Positions 1 to 14,458 of a DNA stretch of 64,000 bases are shown here, piece after piece. Numbering within the stretch: the first letter of the stretch is position 1; the number at the start of each line of letters is the position of its first letter. Source of the DNA: Anaeramoeba ignava BMAN (Eukaryota > Protista > Anaeramoebae); NCBI GenBank assembly GCA_028826165.1, contig JAPDFW010000131.1, forward strand, positions 78,966 through 142,965, written 5' to 3'. A program made the position numbers and the translations under genes. The notes below the pieces were generated by a model. It did no database searches. It saw nothing but the letters and a program-made list of their open reading frames with translations, and was not told where the DNA came from.

Positions 1-388
1 AATAAAAAAAAAATGAAATTGAAAATGAAAAATGAAAATCAAAAATGAAAAGAAAAAAAAATCAAAACGAAAATATAAAATAAATCAAAAATCAAAAAAT
101 CAAAATGAAAATGAAAATGAAAATAAATCAAAAAAAATGAAAATCAAAATGAAATTGAAAATCAAAATGAAAATCAAAATCAAAATGAAAATATAAATAA
201 AATCAAAATGAAAAAAATAAAAATCAAAATGAAAATAAAAATAAAAATCAAAATCAAAATGAAAACAAATCAAAATGAAAATGAAATCAAAAATCAAAAT
301 CAAAATCAAAATCAAAATCAAAATAAAAATCAAATTGAAAATGAAAATCAAAATGAAAATCAAAATCAAAATGAAAATATAAATCAAA

Positions 389-2581
389 TTGAAAACGAAA
401 ATCAAAACAAAATTAAATCAAAATGAAAATCAAAATGAAAATCAAAATGAAATCAAAAATCAAATTCAAAATGATAATGAAAATAAAAATCAAATTGAAA
501 ATAAAAATCAAAATGATTATAGTCAAAGTGAAAATGAAAATGAAAGTGAAAATGAAAATGAAAGTGAAAGTGAAAGTGAAAATGAAAGTCAAAGCGAAAG
601 TGAAAGTGAAAGTGAAACACTTTCATCAAACGAAAAATTACTTTATTCAAAAAACCAGCAATATTTACCAATCAATCAAACACCAAATATTTCATCAAAC
701 ATATCATCACAAAAAATATCATCAAGCGGTTCTTTTTCAGATTCAGATTCAGATTCAGATTCAAATTCAGATTCAGATTCAGATTCAGATTTTAAGGAAG
801 AATCAAGAGAAAAAAATAGTTTCCTTGAAAGTTACAAAAATGAAAAAAAAGTACCATTTTATCAATTAGCAAACAAAAAAGAAAATTTAAAAGGAAATTC
901 ACGAAAAACAAGACAGAAAACAAGGAAACAAAATAAAATTGAAAATAGTGAAAATCATCATCGCTCACATAAATACGTAAATGATGCAACGTTAATAATA
1001 GAAGGATTGAAGCCATTTCATCCCGAAATCATTGAAGAAGCAAAAATGATCAGCACTGAATTAATAAGAATTGCAATTTCTTGGCATGAAATGTGGTTTG
1101 ATTCACTTGATGAAGCATCACAATATTATTTTTCAGAAAAAAATTTCCCTGGAATGATGGCAACACTTACTCCATTACATGAAATTATTGAAAAAGGAGG
1201 AGAAACCAAAAGCGAGATTGAATTTTTAAATGATTACGGAGATGAACTTGTAACTGCAAGAGAAAATTGCCGACAATTTTCCAAAACAAGAAATGAAAAC
1301 TTCATTTCAGAAGCTTGGGAAAACTACTTCAGATGCTTCAGAAGAATCAAGAAGGATATCTCAATGATAAAATCACTCAAACTTGAAACAGCATCTCCAC
1401 ATTTGTTTGATTTGCAAAACTCACACATTTCAATCCCAGGAACTTATCGACCTGGATTAAAAGAAATTTACATTGAAAAATTCGATCCCGAAATTGTCAT
1501 CTTGAAAACCAAACAAAGACCAAGAAAAATTAAGATTTACGGATCTGATAAATTGAAATATCAGTTTCTTTTGAAAGGAAAAGAAGATATTCGACAAGAT
1601 GAACGAGTAATGCAACTTTTTGGATTAGTAAATACACTCCTTGCAAATTCATCAACAAAATCATCAACAAAAACAAAACTTCATCTGAATATTCAACGAT
1701 ATGCGGTTGTTCCACTTTCGCCCAATTGCGGATTAATTGGATGGGTTCCTCATTCAGATTCTCTTCATGATTTAATCAAGGAATATCGCGAGGCAAATGG
1801 AATTGTTTTGAATCGTGAACATCTTGGTATTTCTGATTTTGCCCCCGAATTTCACAAGTTGCAAATACCTCAGAAGGTTGAAGCCTTTGAATATGCATTA
1901 TCACTTGGTGATGGGATGGAAATCAATAAAGTTTTATGGTTGAAATCACAAAATTCAGAAATTTGGTTGGATAAAAGAACCAACTACACGACTTCTTTAG
2001 CTGTCATGTCAATGGTCGGATATATTCTTGGTCTTGGTGATCGTCATCCTTCAAACATTCTCATGAACCAATACTCAGGTCAAATTTCACATATTGATTT
2101 TGGAGATTGTTTTGAGGCTGCAATGGAAAGAAGTCAATTTCCTGAAAAAATTCCCTTTCGTTTAACAAGAATGCTTTGGAATGCAATGGAGATTTCTGGT
2201 GTTGATGGGATATTCAGATCTACTTGTGAAAAAACTATGAATATTTTGAGATCTAATCGTGATTCTTTGATGGCAATGTTGGAAGCATTTGTTTATGATC
2301 CTTTATTTTCTTGGAAATTAAATTCTCATGAAGAAAATAATAATAATAATAAAAAATTAAAAAAATTGCAAACAAGATCAAGTACAATGCTTCCTCTTTA
2401 TCTTCGTAATACTTCAAATCAAGACAGCGCTCTTGATTTTGAAAATGAAGAAACTAATGAAAAAGCTGTTAGTATTGTTCTTAGAATTGTTAATAAATTA
2501 TCTGGAAGAGATTTTGATGGTTCAATTAAATTGGAAATTGATCAACAAGTTCAGAAATTAATTGAAGAAGCAACTTGGTGA
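389..2581 (+). CDS. TOR: TOR (target of rapamycin) PIKK kinase, 3' part: end of FAT, FRB and kinase domain; FATC truncated; 5' part probably upstream of the window
   Basis: FRB 'ELIRIAISWHEMWFDSLDEASQYYF' and kinase motifs 'KQRPRK', 'FLLKGKEDIRQDERVMQLFGLVN', 'GYILGLGDRHPSN', 'HIDFGDCFE', 'PEKIPFRLTRM', 'LEAFVYDPL'. The first ~190 aa are low complexity, so the ORF start is not a real start. Confidence 0.95.
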   Translation: MKTKIKTKLNQNENQNENQNEIKNQIQNDNENKNQIENKNQNDYSQSENENESENENESESESENESQSESESESETLSSNEKLLYSKNQQYLPINQTPNISSNISSQKISSSGSFSDSDSDSDSNSDSDSDSDFKEESREKNSFLESYKNEKKVPFYQLANKKENLKGNSRKTRQKTRKQNKIENSENHHRSHKYVNDATLIIEGLKPFHPEIIEEAKMISTELIRIAISWHEMWFDSLDEASQYYFSEKNFPGMMATLTPLHEIIEKGGETKSEIEFLNDYGDELVTARENCRQFSKTRNENFISEAWENYFRCFRRIKKDISMIKSLKLETASPHLFDLQNSHISIPGTYRPGLKEIYIEKFDPEIVILKTKQRPRKIKIYGSDKLKYQFLLKGKEDIRQDERVMQLFGLVNTLLANSSTKSSTKTKLHLNIQRYAVVPLSPNCGLIGWVPHSDSLHDLIKEYREANGIVLNREHLGISDFAPEFHKLQIPQKVEAFEYALSLGDGMEINKVLWLKSQNSEIWLDKRTNYTTSLAVMSMVGYILGLGDRHPSNILMNQYSGQISHIDFGDCFEAAMERSQFPEKIPFRLTRMLWNAMEISGVDGIFRSTCEKTMNILRSNRDSLMAMLEAFVYDPLFSWKLNSHEENNNNNKKLKKLQTRSSTMLPLYLRNTSNQDSALDFENEETNEKAVSIVLRIVNKLSGRDFDGSIKLEIDQQVQKLIEEATW

Positions 2582-2786
2582 TTTTTTTATTTTTGAATTT
2601 TGATTTATTTTTTCAAACAATTTTTTCCAATAATTCTTTTTGTTTTTCTTTTTTTCTTTCTAATAAAAACAAAAACATGAAATTTTAATAATAATATTTC
2701 ATTTCATTTCATTTCATTTCATTCAACAAAAATCCAAAACAAAAACAGAAAGAGAGAATAATGTTTTCTTAAAAAAAAATTAAATT

Positions 2787-5080
<2,294 letters not shown>

Positions 5081-5206
5081 TTGTTTTAGATAAATTTTAA
5101 AATAAATTTTTTTTGAAATGTCAAAAAAAAAAGAAGAAAAAATCAACTAAGGAAATGAAAAAAATGAAAAATGAAAAAATTTGATAAAAAAATTTTTTAT
5201 TGTTCT

Positions 5207-8200
5207 TTAATTTTTTTCATTATCATTATCATTATCATTATCATTATCATTATCATTTTCATTATCATTATCATTTTCATTATCATTTTCATTTTCATTT
5301 TCATTATCATTTTCATTTTCAATTTCATTTTCATTATCATTTTGATTATCATTATCATTATCATTATCATTTTCATTATCATTATCATTATCATTATCAT
5401 TATCATTTTCATTATCATTTTGTTTTAGTTTTTTTAATAATTCTTCTTTTTGTTTTCTTAATTCTTCTAAATATTCTTCTTTTTTTTGGGAAGAATTTAA
5501 AAGTTGTTGATATGAAGTTGCTAATGCAACCATTCTTGCTGGAGATTTATTAATTAATTCAGGAGCTATATACTTTAGATAACAACTAAATTTTAAATCA
5601 ATTTTATATCAATTTTATATCAATTTTATATTAATTTTATATTAATTTTATATTAATTTTATATTAATTTTATATTAATTTTATATTAATTTTAAATTAA
5701 TTTTATATTAATTTTATATCAATTTTATATCAATTTTATATTAATTTTATATTAATTTTATATTAATTTTATATCAATTTTATATCAATTTTATATTAAT
5801 TTTATATCAATTTTATATTAATTTTATATCAATTTTATATTAATTTTATATTAATTTTAAAATAATTTTTATTAATTTTATATTAATTTTATATTAATTT
5901 TATACACATATCAATTTTATATTAATTTTATATTAATTTTATATACAATTTTTATATTTTATATTAATTTTATATTAATTTTATATCAATTTTTAATTTT
6001 ATATCAATTTTATATCAATTTTAATATCAATTTTATATTAATTTCTATGAAATATTTTAAATTAATTTTATATTAATTTTATATTAATTTTTTAATTATA
6101 TTAATTTTATATTTTTATCATTTATTTTTATATTAATTTTTATATCAATTTTATATTAATTTTATATTAATTTTTTTTTTAAATTAATTTTATCATTTTT
6201 TTATTATCAATTTTATTAATTTTTAATATTAATTTTATATTCAATTTTTTATTAATTTTATATTAATTTTATATTATTTTTATTATAATTTTAAATCAAT
6301 TTTTATTTTATTTTATAATTTTATATTAATTTTTTTATATATAATTTTATAAATCAATTTTATTTTTTATATTAATTTTTAAATCAATTTTATATTAATT
6401 TTTATAATAATTTTAAATCAATTTTTTATATTAATTTTATATTAATTTTATATTAATTTTAAATTAATTTTATAACTCAATTTTAAATCAATTTTATATT
6501 AATTTTATATTAATTTTATATTATTTTATAATTTTTATTAATTTTATATTAATTTTATATTAATTTTATATCAATTTTATATCAATTTTATATTAATTTT
6601 ATTTAATTTTATATTAATTTTTTTATATTAATTTTAAATCAATTTTATATTAATTTTAAATCAATTTTAAATTAAATTTTAAATTAATTTTATATTAATT
6701 TTATATTAATTTTATTAATTTTAATTTTTTAAATAATTTTATATTAATTTTAAATCAATTTTATATTAATTTTAAATCAATTTTATATTAATTTTAAATC
6801 AATTTTATATTAATTTTATATTAATTTTATATTAATTTTAAATCAATTTTATATCAATTTTATATTAATTTTATATTAATTTTATATTAATTTTATATTA
6901 ATTTTATATCAATTTTATATTAATTTTATATTAATTTTATATTAATTTTAAATCAATTTTAAATCAATTTTATATCAATTTTATATTAATTTTATATTAA
7001 TTTTATATTAATTTTAAATCAATTTTATATTAATTTTATATCAATTTTAAATTAATTTTATATTAATTTTATATTAATTTTATATTAATTTTATATTAAT
7101 TTTAAATTATATGAATTTGTTTATACCCTTCCCAAAATTTAAGATATTGCATGCTAATACTTGGTGAAATTGGTTCATTAACTGGGAAATAAGCTGGATT
7201 AACAAATTTTGATTTATTATTTAAAATATAAGTCCAAAGTGAATATGTTTCCTGAGAAAGGTTATTGTCTTTTCTTTCTTTATCATTATTATATAAAAAG
7301 GTTCCAAATCTCATTGAAAATAAATGTTCAACAATTGCAATCAAAAAATTCTCATTAAATTCAAAAGCAGTTGGAAATTGATTCCAAACTTGAAAAACAC
7401 TATCCATAAATTGAAGGAAAATTGGAGATCTTTGATGATCAGAATAATGTGAATCTGCATGACCAGTTCTTTGTGAAAATTTATGTCCAAAAGAAAGCCA
7501 TTCCTTTTCAATAATCACAATCATTCCTTCAATTGTTCTGTAATAAGAATCCAAAAGGATTTCTGATAATCCACAAACTTGGGAAGTTCTATCCCAACCA
7601 TCAGAACAATGTACCAAAACAGAATAATCATTTTCAATCAAATGACATATTTTTCTTGATGAATTGATGATTTTTTGAATGTGCCAAAACCAATTTGATT
7701 CTTCTAATCCTGAAAGTAGTTTTTTGTCATCATTAAAATTTCCACTTGTGAAAAGTGTTTTTAATTTATTCAAACTATCTCTCATAACATGAATATTATC
7801 AATTCCAAGAAATTTCACAATACAATTTTCATAATGTTCTGATGATTCAAATCCTGCTCCTTTTGCTGTGTTTGCAACAGCATTTTTTTTGGGTCGGCAA
7901 TCCATAATATATAATTTTGTTCCTTTTGGATTTGATCTAAATATTTGAGATATTATTTTCTCATCTTCAGTATTTCTTGAGCGTGTTAATCCTTGAAAAC
8001 CAATTTAAATATTATTTTTTTCAATTATTTTGAATTTAATTATTTTTTTTTCAGTTATTTTATCATGTACCAACTTTTGGTTGAGAAGATCTTGTTATTG
8101 ATGAATATTTTGTTGGATGTATCCATGATAAAATTGGTATTCTTCCTTTCGTTCGAAATTTTGCAATTGAAATTATATCCTTCTCTGAAATTACTGCAGG

Positions 8201-9533
8201 AACTCCAAATATTTTTGGATATGTTGGTGAAACTTTATAATTTTTGTTTATATAAGTTAATCTCCATTGTTTATTTGATTCGGATGTGATTCCTGTTTTT
8301 TGTTTTTTTTGTTTATTTCATTATGATTTTGATTTTGATTTTCAAAAAGATTTTTTTTTGCCTTGTCTTTCATATTCTTTCTTGGGATTATAAATTGTCC
8401 ATCCTATATCTTCATGTTTAAATGACTTATGATTAAAAGGAAAGGAATCTTTAATATTTGTGAAAAAAGAAAATTGAATTAACTTAATCACAAATTCTCT
8501 TCGACTGTGATTTTTTCTTGGAAAGAAAAATTTATATCCTTGAAAATCTTTGCATTTAATTTCGAATCCATATGAATATTTTCCTGATCAAGAAGAATTG
8601 AGAGATAATATTAATAATAAAAATAATAATTAAAAAAATTCAATTCAATTCAATTCAATTGTTTGCTTTTAATTCTTTTTAAATTAAATTATTGAATACC
8701 CTTGCTAGTTTTTTGTCCTCCAATTTTCTCAATTCTTGAAATTAAACCAAGTGGAACTTGAGGAATTTCTTGTAAATTAATTTTTGACTAAGAATAAATA
8801 AATAAAAATAATTGATAATTTGTTTTGTTTTGTTTTGTTTTGTTTTGTTTTGTTTGTTGGTAAATTTGAAAATTAAAATGATAATAATGAATTAACTAAC
8901 ATAAATTCCACTATCATAAGGTGAATAAATCATCCTGTAATTTGTTAAAATTAATTTTCCTTTTGCAATAAGAGGTACTGATTCATATTGTCTGAAAAAA
9001 TAAGAAACATTTTCTGATTGAATAATAAATTTTTCATTTTCAATTGATTCAATTGATTCATTTAGATAAGAATTTAAAGTTTCAATTGGATTAAATTTTT
9101 GTGAATTATTTGAAAGATAATTTCCTGTAATTTGACTAATATTTCCCATATTATAAGTATTATGTGGTTTATTATCTGCAACTTTTGCTGATGTTTTTAG
9201 AATTGATAAAGCAAGTGTTGTTGTTGCTGTTCTTTTTCTTTCCAAATTTTTCAAAATATTTTGATTTAATTTCATTTCATTTTTTTCCTTGTTTTGAGTT
9301 TGTTTTTCATTTTGATCTTTTGAATTATTTCCACTGTTTAAATTTTGAATTTCTTTTTCAATTTCTTTTTCTTTTTCAATTTCAATTTCTTTTTCTTTTT
9401 CATTTAATAAAATTCCATTTTGAGAAGTTGAAGTTAAAGCAATAGTCATAGATTTTTCATTTCTTTCTTGTGTTTTATCTTTTGGTTTGATTCTAAATTG
9501 TTGTTTCTTAAATAAAGGTCGAAAATTTGACAT
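5207..9533 (-). CDS. Myotubularin-family PI3P/PI(3,5)P2 phosphatase (PH-GRAM plus PTP domain), 6 exons
   Basis: Catalytic 'VHCSDGWDRT', plus 'EKEWLSFGHKF', 'SPIFLQF', 'FEFNE' and GRAM-like 'GKLILTNYRM'. Exons join in frame at approximately 9533-8901, 8788-8701, 8583-8362, 8292-8071, 7992-7127 and 5586-5207. Confidence 0.93.
5590..7100. repeat. Intronic 12-bp minisatellite (TTAATTTTATAT/TCAATTTTATAT)
   Basis: Tandem 12-bp unit fills the last myotubularin intron. Confidence 0.9.
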
Positions 9534-9609
9534 TTTTGTTTGTAAATTTAATTAACTTTTTTTTTTTTTAAAAATGAAAAAAATGAAAAACAAAATAAAA
9601 AAAAACGTT

Positions 9610-11562
9610 TTATAAAAATAAACTTTTTGAATTGTTTTCTTTTTGTTCAATTTTCTTGGAATTTTTCACTTTATCCGTTTTTAATTTTCCTTCTTTTTTT
9701 AATTTGGAAATTTGATTAATTTTTTTTCCATTTTTCTTTTGAATTGGATTTAAATTCGAAATATTTTTTTGAGAAGAAAAAACCATTTTGTTAGAATAAT
9801 ATTTTTGATTTGATTGAATAGAACGATTTTGAATTTTATGAAGATTATCTTTTTGTTCAGATTTAGGGACTTTTATGTTTGAATAATAACCAATTTTTTC
9901 AAGAATTTTTGAATGAGAAGATAAATTTTTCAATCTTTGTTCTTTTTGCTCAAGATATTGAGAAATTGAAAGTGATTTTGAGTTTTGGTTTTCATAGATT
10001 TTATCCCAATTTGGGGTATTCTTCTTATTTTTGGAAGAAATTTTTGTTGGTCTTAAATTTGGATTTCTTTTATCAATTTGAGTTTTTTTGGAGTTTCTTT
10101 TCAATTGAAATGCTTTTTTAACTGAAAATATTGATTCTCTTTTTCGGTTTTCAAAGATTTCTTTCCTTCTTTTAGCTTGAATATTCATTTCAATTTCTTT
10201 CATAATTTGATCTTTTAATGCATTTTGATTTTCATTCTGTAAAATTTTTGGGGGATTTTGATTTTCTGTTTGCATTTTTGAATCCAAATTTGAAATTAAA
10301 TTTTGATTTGAAATTAAATTTGATTTTTGATTAAAATTTGTATTAAAAATTGAATTTGTGTTGAATTTAAAAATTGAATTTGTATTAAAAATTGAATTTG
10401 GATTTGAATTTAAATTTGAATTTGAATTTGGATTTGGATTTGGATTTGGATTTAAATTTGAATTTGAATTTGAATTTGAATTTGAATTTGAATTTGAATT
10501 TGAATTTGAATTTGGATTTGGATTTGGATTTGGATTTAAATTTGGATTTAAATTTGAATTTGAATTTGAATTTGAATTTGAATTTAAATTTAAATTTGAA
10601 TTTGAATTTGGATTTAAATTTGAATTTGGATTTAAATTTGAATTTGGATTTAAATTTGAATTTGAATTTGAATTTGAATTTGGATTTGAATTTGAATTTG
10701 AATTTGAATTTGAATTTGAATTTGAATTTGAATTTGAATTTGAATTTGATTTAGGTTTTGTTTCTATTTTTAATTTTGTTTCTGATTTTAATTCTGTTTT
10801 AAATTTTGGATTGAAATTTGGATTAAAAATTGAATTTGGATTTGGATTCGAATTTGGATTTGTATTTATTTCTTTTTTATTTGATTTTGAATCTGTTTTA
10901 TGTTTTGATTTTGAATCTGTTTTAGGTTTTGATTTTGATTTTGATTTTGATTTTGATTCTGTTTTAGGTTTTGATTTTGATTTTGAATGTGTTTTATGTT
11001 TTGATTTTGATTCTGTTTTAGGTTTTGTTTCTATTTTTAATTTTGTTTCTGATTTTAATTCTGTTTTAAATTTTGGATTGAAATTTGGATTAAAAATTGA
11101 ATTTGGATTTGGATTCGAATTTAGATTTGTATTTATTTCTTTTTTATTTGATTTTGAATCTGTTTTAGGTTTTGATTTTGATTTTGATTTTGATTCTGTT
11201 TTAGGTTTTGATTTTGATTTTGATTTTGATTCTGTTTTAGGTTTTGATTTTGATTTTGAATGTGTTTTATGTTTTGATTTTGATTCTGTTTTAGGTTTTG
11301 ATTTTGTTTCTAATTTAGGTTTTGATTTTGATTCTAATTTAGGTTTTGATTTTGATTCTGTTTTAGGTTTTGTTTCTATTTTTAATTTTGTTTCTGATTT
11401 TAATTCTGTTTTAAATTTTGGATTGAAATTTGGATTAAAAATTGAATTTGGATTTTGATTTTGATTTGTATTTGAATTTATTTCTTTTTTATTTGATTTT
11501 GATTTTGATTTTGATTTTGATTTTGATTTTGAATTTGATTTTGAAAATTTTAACGATTTCAT
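9610..11562 (-). CDS. Hypothetical basic low-complexity protein (SK/NS/NP repeats, three internal repeat blocks)
   Basis: 650-aa ATG-initiated ORF with a non-repetitive C-terminal ~220 aa. No recognisable domain. Confidence 0.6.
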   Translation of the reverse strand: MKSLKFSKSNSKSKSKSKSKSKSNKKEINSNTNQNQNPNSIFNPNFNPKFKTELKSETKLKIETKPKTESKSKPKLESKSKPKLETKSKPKTESKSKHKTHSKSKSKPKTESKSKSKSKPKTESKSKSKSKPKTDSKSNKKEINTNLNSNPNPNSIFNPNFNPKFKTELKSETKLKIETKPKTESKSKHKTHSKSKSKPKTESKSKSKSKSKPKTDSKSKHKTDSKSNKKEINTNPNSNPNPNSIFNPNFNPKFKTELKSETKLKIETKPKSNSNSNSNSNSNSNSNSNSNSNPNSNSNSNSNLNPNSNLNPNSNLNPNSNSNLNLNSNSNSNSNSNLNPNLNPNPNPNPNSNSNSNSNSNSNSNSNSNLNPNPNPNPNSNSNLNSNPNSIFNTNSIFKFNTNSIFNTNFNQKSNLISNQNLISNLDSKMQTENQNPPKILQNENQNALKDQIMKEIEMNIQAKRRKEIFENRKRESIFSVKKAFQLKRNSKKTQIDKRNPNLRPTKISSKNKKNTPNWDKIYENQNSKSLSISQYLEQKEQRLKNLSSHSKILEKIGYYSNIKVPKSEQKDNLHKIQNRSIQSNQKYYSNKMVFSSQKNISNLNPIQKKNGKKINQISKLKKEGKLKTDKVKNSKKIEQKENNSKSLFL

Positions 11563-11760
11563 TTTAGAAAATAAAATAAAATAAATTTTTAAAGAAGAAA
11601 AAAAAAAGTGAAAAAATAAAGTGGAATTTGTTTTTTTGTTTTTTGTTTTTTGTTTTTTTTTAACGAATTTTTTTTTTCTTCTTTCTTTTTTATTTTTCTC
11701 CTTTTTAAAATTATTTAAAAAAATTTTTTTTTTTTTTCATTTTTTTTTTTCATTTTTTTA

Positions 11761-14373
11761 ATGTCTCTTCTTTCAATTATAAATCAATATTTAGATCAAA
11801 AAGAAAATATTCAAGAAAATATTTCACATTTAATTCAAATTCTTTCACAAAATAAAAACATATTTTTTTCTTCAAATCATTTTTTTATTCAATGGAATTC
11901 AAAAATTGAAGAAATTATTGATAAAAATGATATTTTCTCAAAATGGTCTGGATTTTGGCTTTTAAATTTTACAATCAAAAATTCTCCAAATGAAATTATT
12001 GCAAAAAATTCAACAAAATGGATTGAAATATTTTATAATTTATTGATACAAAATCGAAATGAAAAATCAATTAAAAATCAAAATATTTTAAAGAAACTTC
12101 AAAAAAATAAAAATAAAAATGGAAATGAAAATAAAAATGGAAATGAAGAATTTTTAATCATCAAAAAATTATGTCTACAAACTTTTCAAGAATTAATTTG
12201 CAGATTATCTGAACAAGAAATTAAAATTAAAAAAAATAATAATAAAAATAAAAATAAAAATAAAAATGAAAATCAGAACAAAATCAAAAAAAATAAAAAC
12301 GATAATATATTCAATATCATCCAAAAAATTATTCACATTTTAATTGAGGATTTACAGAATTTTGATTTGGAATCGATCAACACAATTCTTAGTTTGATGA
12401 AATACAAACCAAATTTATTATCGCCTTTTTATCCACAAATTGAGAGAAGTTTATTTGAAATGACCAATTTGCAAGCAATTGAAATTTTAGAATTTTCAAA
12501 TGATTTAAATCAAAATTATTTTGATGTCATTTCAGATTGTTTAGTGAATTTACCAATGTGTTCTTTAAAAGCATCAGGAAACCAACCCAAACAGCCCAAT
12601 ATGCAGAAAGATGAATATATAGCGTTCCATTATGGGAATCGATTGCCAACTTCAAAGAAATGGAATGAAATTCTGATGAAAATCATTTTCAAATTGAATT
12701 TATTATTAAACCAACTTTTTCGGAATTTGGAAGAAGAAAAGCTTCCTCAATTTCTCAACAACATTGAATCATATACATTTCAAGAAAACAACGAGAATAC
12801 GAGAAATCAAGCAAAGAAGAAAAAGGATGAATCAATGAAAGAAGAGATGGGAATGCAAATTGAAATTGATACAGAAACCAAAAAAGAAAACAATGAAAAC
12901 ATAAAATTTGAAGAAAACAAAATACTTGAACAAGCAAAATTTTATTTCATCTGCATCAACAAGTTTTTAACAACACCTTTAAATATAGATGTTTTATTTC
13001 CTATTGAGCAATGTTTTGCTTTGTTTTATCGAATTTTGCTGAATGATGGCACTCGCACAAAAATATCGACTGATGAATACACCAAATCAACAGAAATCAA
13101 AAAACTAGAAATATATTTGCCATCACTCCACATATGGAGTCTTGAATCCATGCAGAATCTCATTTCATTTTCAAAAGGACATTTTTCCTCGTTTGCAATA
13201 TTTCTATCTCAATCACTTATTTTTTCACTCAAAAGAACACAACCAAAAACACTTTCCAAAAATCCTCAAGTAATAATCAGTCTTTTGAACACAATCAAAA
13301 GCTTGGTTTGTGAGTTTGGAGCTGGTTTGCCTTTTTCTTTTTACCAAGAAATTGTTCTTATTATTTTTACTCATTTAAGATTTATTTTGGAGAAAATTAC
13401 AATTAATGCAAGAAATTCACAAAATTCAATTCAATCCAAAACAGAATGGGTTTTCAAAACAAAAAAGCGCAAAAAACACAATCAAGAACCAGTTCAATAT
13501 TTGAGCAAAATTCATCACGATGATTTAGTTCAATTGCTTTCATCTTTGACAAATACTTTGAAAATGATTATTCTTTCTTATGAAAGTTATTTTCCTGTTC
13601 GAATTCAATCTGAAATTGATCACAGAATAGCAACATTAAGTTATTTGGTTCTTGATCTAACCAAAAATAACGAATTTTGTAGTTGGATTTTTTCAAAAAT
13701 GATTGAGATTTTGATTTCTTGTTTGGAATCTCAAAAGCCTCATCAACCAGCATTTATTGGAATTGCATCAGATATTTTTACTCGCGCATTTTCACTTCAA
13801 TTAACTTCTCAAGAAAGTTTTGTCAATGATATTCAAACTCAATGTCTTCATGGATTGAATGTTTGCAGTATTTTTTTATATCCTCATTCTTTTGCTCTTA
13901 AAGGAACAAGTTTTGGTGATTTTAAGTCTTTTAATAAGGAAGAGCAATTACATTTACTTAATTTCCAAGAAAAAGATATTGAGGATTTTTCTTCAATTCA
14001 AAAAAATAATTCGATTCAAAGGGATGTATTTTTTTTTGAATCTGAACTTGAAAATTTAAATGAGAAAATTGATTTTGAAAATTTGAATGAAAAAATTGAT
14101 TTTGAAACTAATTTAGAAATGAATTTGGAAAAAAAAGAAGAAATTAAAGAAATTAAAAAAGAAGAAATTAAAGAAATTAAAGAAATTAAAGAAATTAAAA
14201 AAGAAATTAAAGAAATTAAAGAAATTAAAGAAATTAAAAAAGAAGAAATTAAAAAAGAAGAAATTGAAAAAGATTTAATAAGTAATTTAGTTGAAGATTT
14301 TCAAGAAGAGCAAATTGATGATTTTCCTGAAATAATTCAATCACCTCCTGATTCAAATGATTCAGATTTTTAA
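11761..14373 (+). CDS. RIX1/PELP1-like pre-rRNA processing factor
   Basis: N-terminal 'KWSGFWLLNFTIKNSPNEIIAKNSTKWI' resembles the RIX1 domain. The body is helical and the acidic tail ends 'DDFPEIIQSPPDSND', as in Rix1/PELP1-like proteins. Intronless 870 aa. Confidence 0.65.
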   Translation: MSLLSIINQYLDQKENIQENISHLIQILSQNKNIFFSSNHFFIQWNSKIEEIIDKNDIFSKWSGFWLLNFTIKNSPNEIIAKNSTKWIEIFYNLLIQNRNEKSIKNQNILKKLQKNKNKNGNENKNGNEEFLIIKKLCLQTFQELICRLSEQEIKIKKNNNKNKNKNKNENQNKIKKNKNDNIFNIIQKIIHILIEDLQNFDLESINTILSLMKYKPNLLSPFYPQIERSLFEMTNLQAIEILEFSNDLNQNYFDVISDCLVNLPMCSLKASGNQPKQPNMQKDEYIAFHYGNRLPTSKKWNEILMKIIFKLNLLLNQLFRNLEEEKLPQFLNNIESYTFQENNENTRNQAKKKKDESMKEEMGMQIEIDTETKKENNENIKFEENKILEQAKFYFICINKFLTTPLNIDVLFPIEQCFALFYRILLNDGTRTKISTDEYTKSTEIKKLEIYLPSLHIWSLESMQNLISFSKGHFSSFAIFLSQSLIFSLKRTQPKTLSKNPQVIISLLNTIKSLVCEFGAGLPFSFYQEIVLIIFTHLRFILEKITINARNSQNSIQSKTEWVFKTKKRKKHNQEPVQYLSKIHHDDLVQLLSSLTNTLKMIILSYESYFPVRIQSEIDHRIATLSYLVLDLTKNNEFCSWIFSKMIEILISCLESQKPHQPAFIGIASDIFTRAFSLQLTSQESFVNDIQTQCLHGLNVCSIFLYPHSFALKGTSFGDFKSFNKEEQLHLLNFQEKDIEDFSSIQKNNSIQRDVFFFESELENLNEKIDFENLNEKIDFETNLEMNLEKKEEIKEIKKEEIKEIKEIKEIKKEIKEIKEIKEIKKEEIKKEEIEKDLISNLVEDFQEEQIDDFPEIIQSPPDSNDSDF

Positions 14374-14458
14374 ATTTAAAATAAAACAAAAATAGATTTT
14401 TTTTTTAAATAAATTTTTTTTCCCATTTTTTCATTTTTTTCATTTTTTTCAAATAAAA

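Noticed and set aside
100-869. Overlapping short ORFs (IFIL, KIKM, FHFH types)
   Set aside because: Alternative frames of hexamer repeats that lack stop codons.
10358-11458. 366-aa FEFEF ORF on the plus strand
   Set aside because: Antisense shadow of the repeat-rich minus-strand gene.
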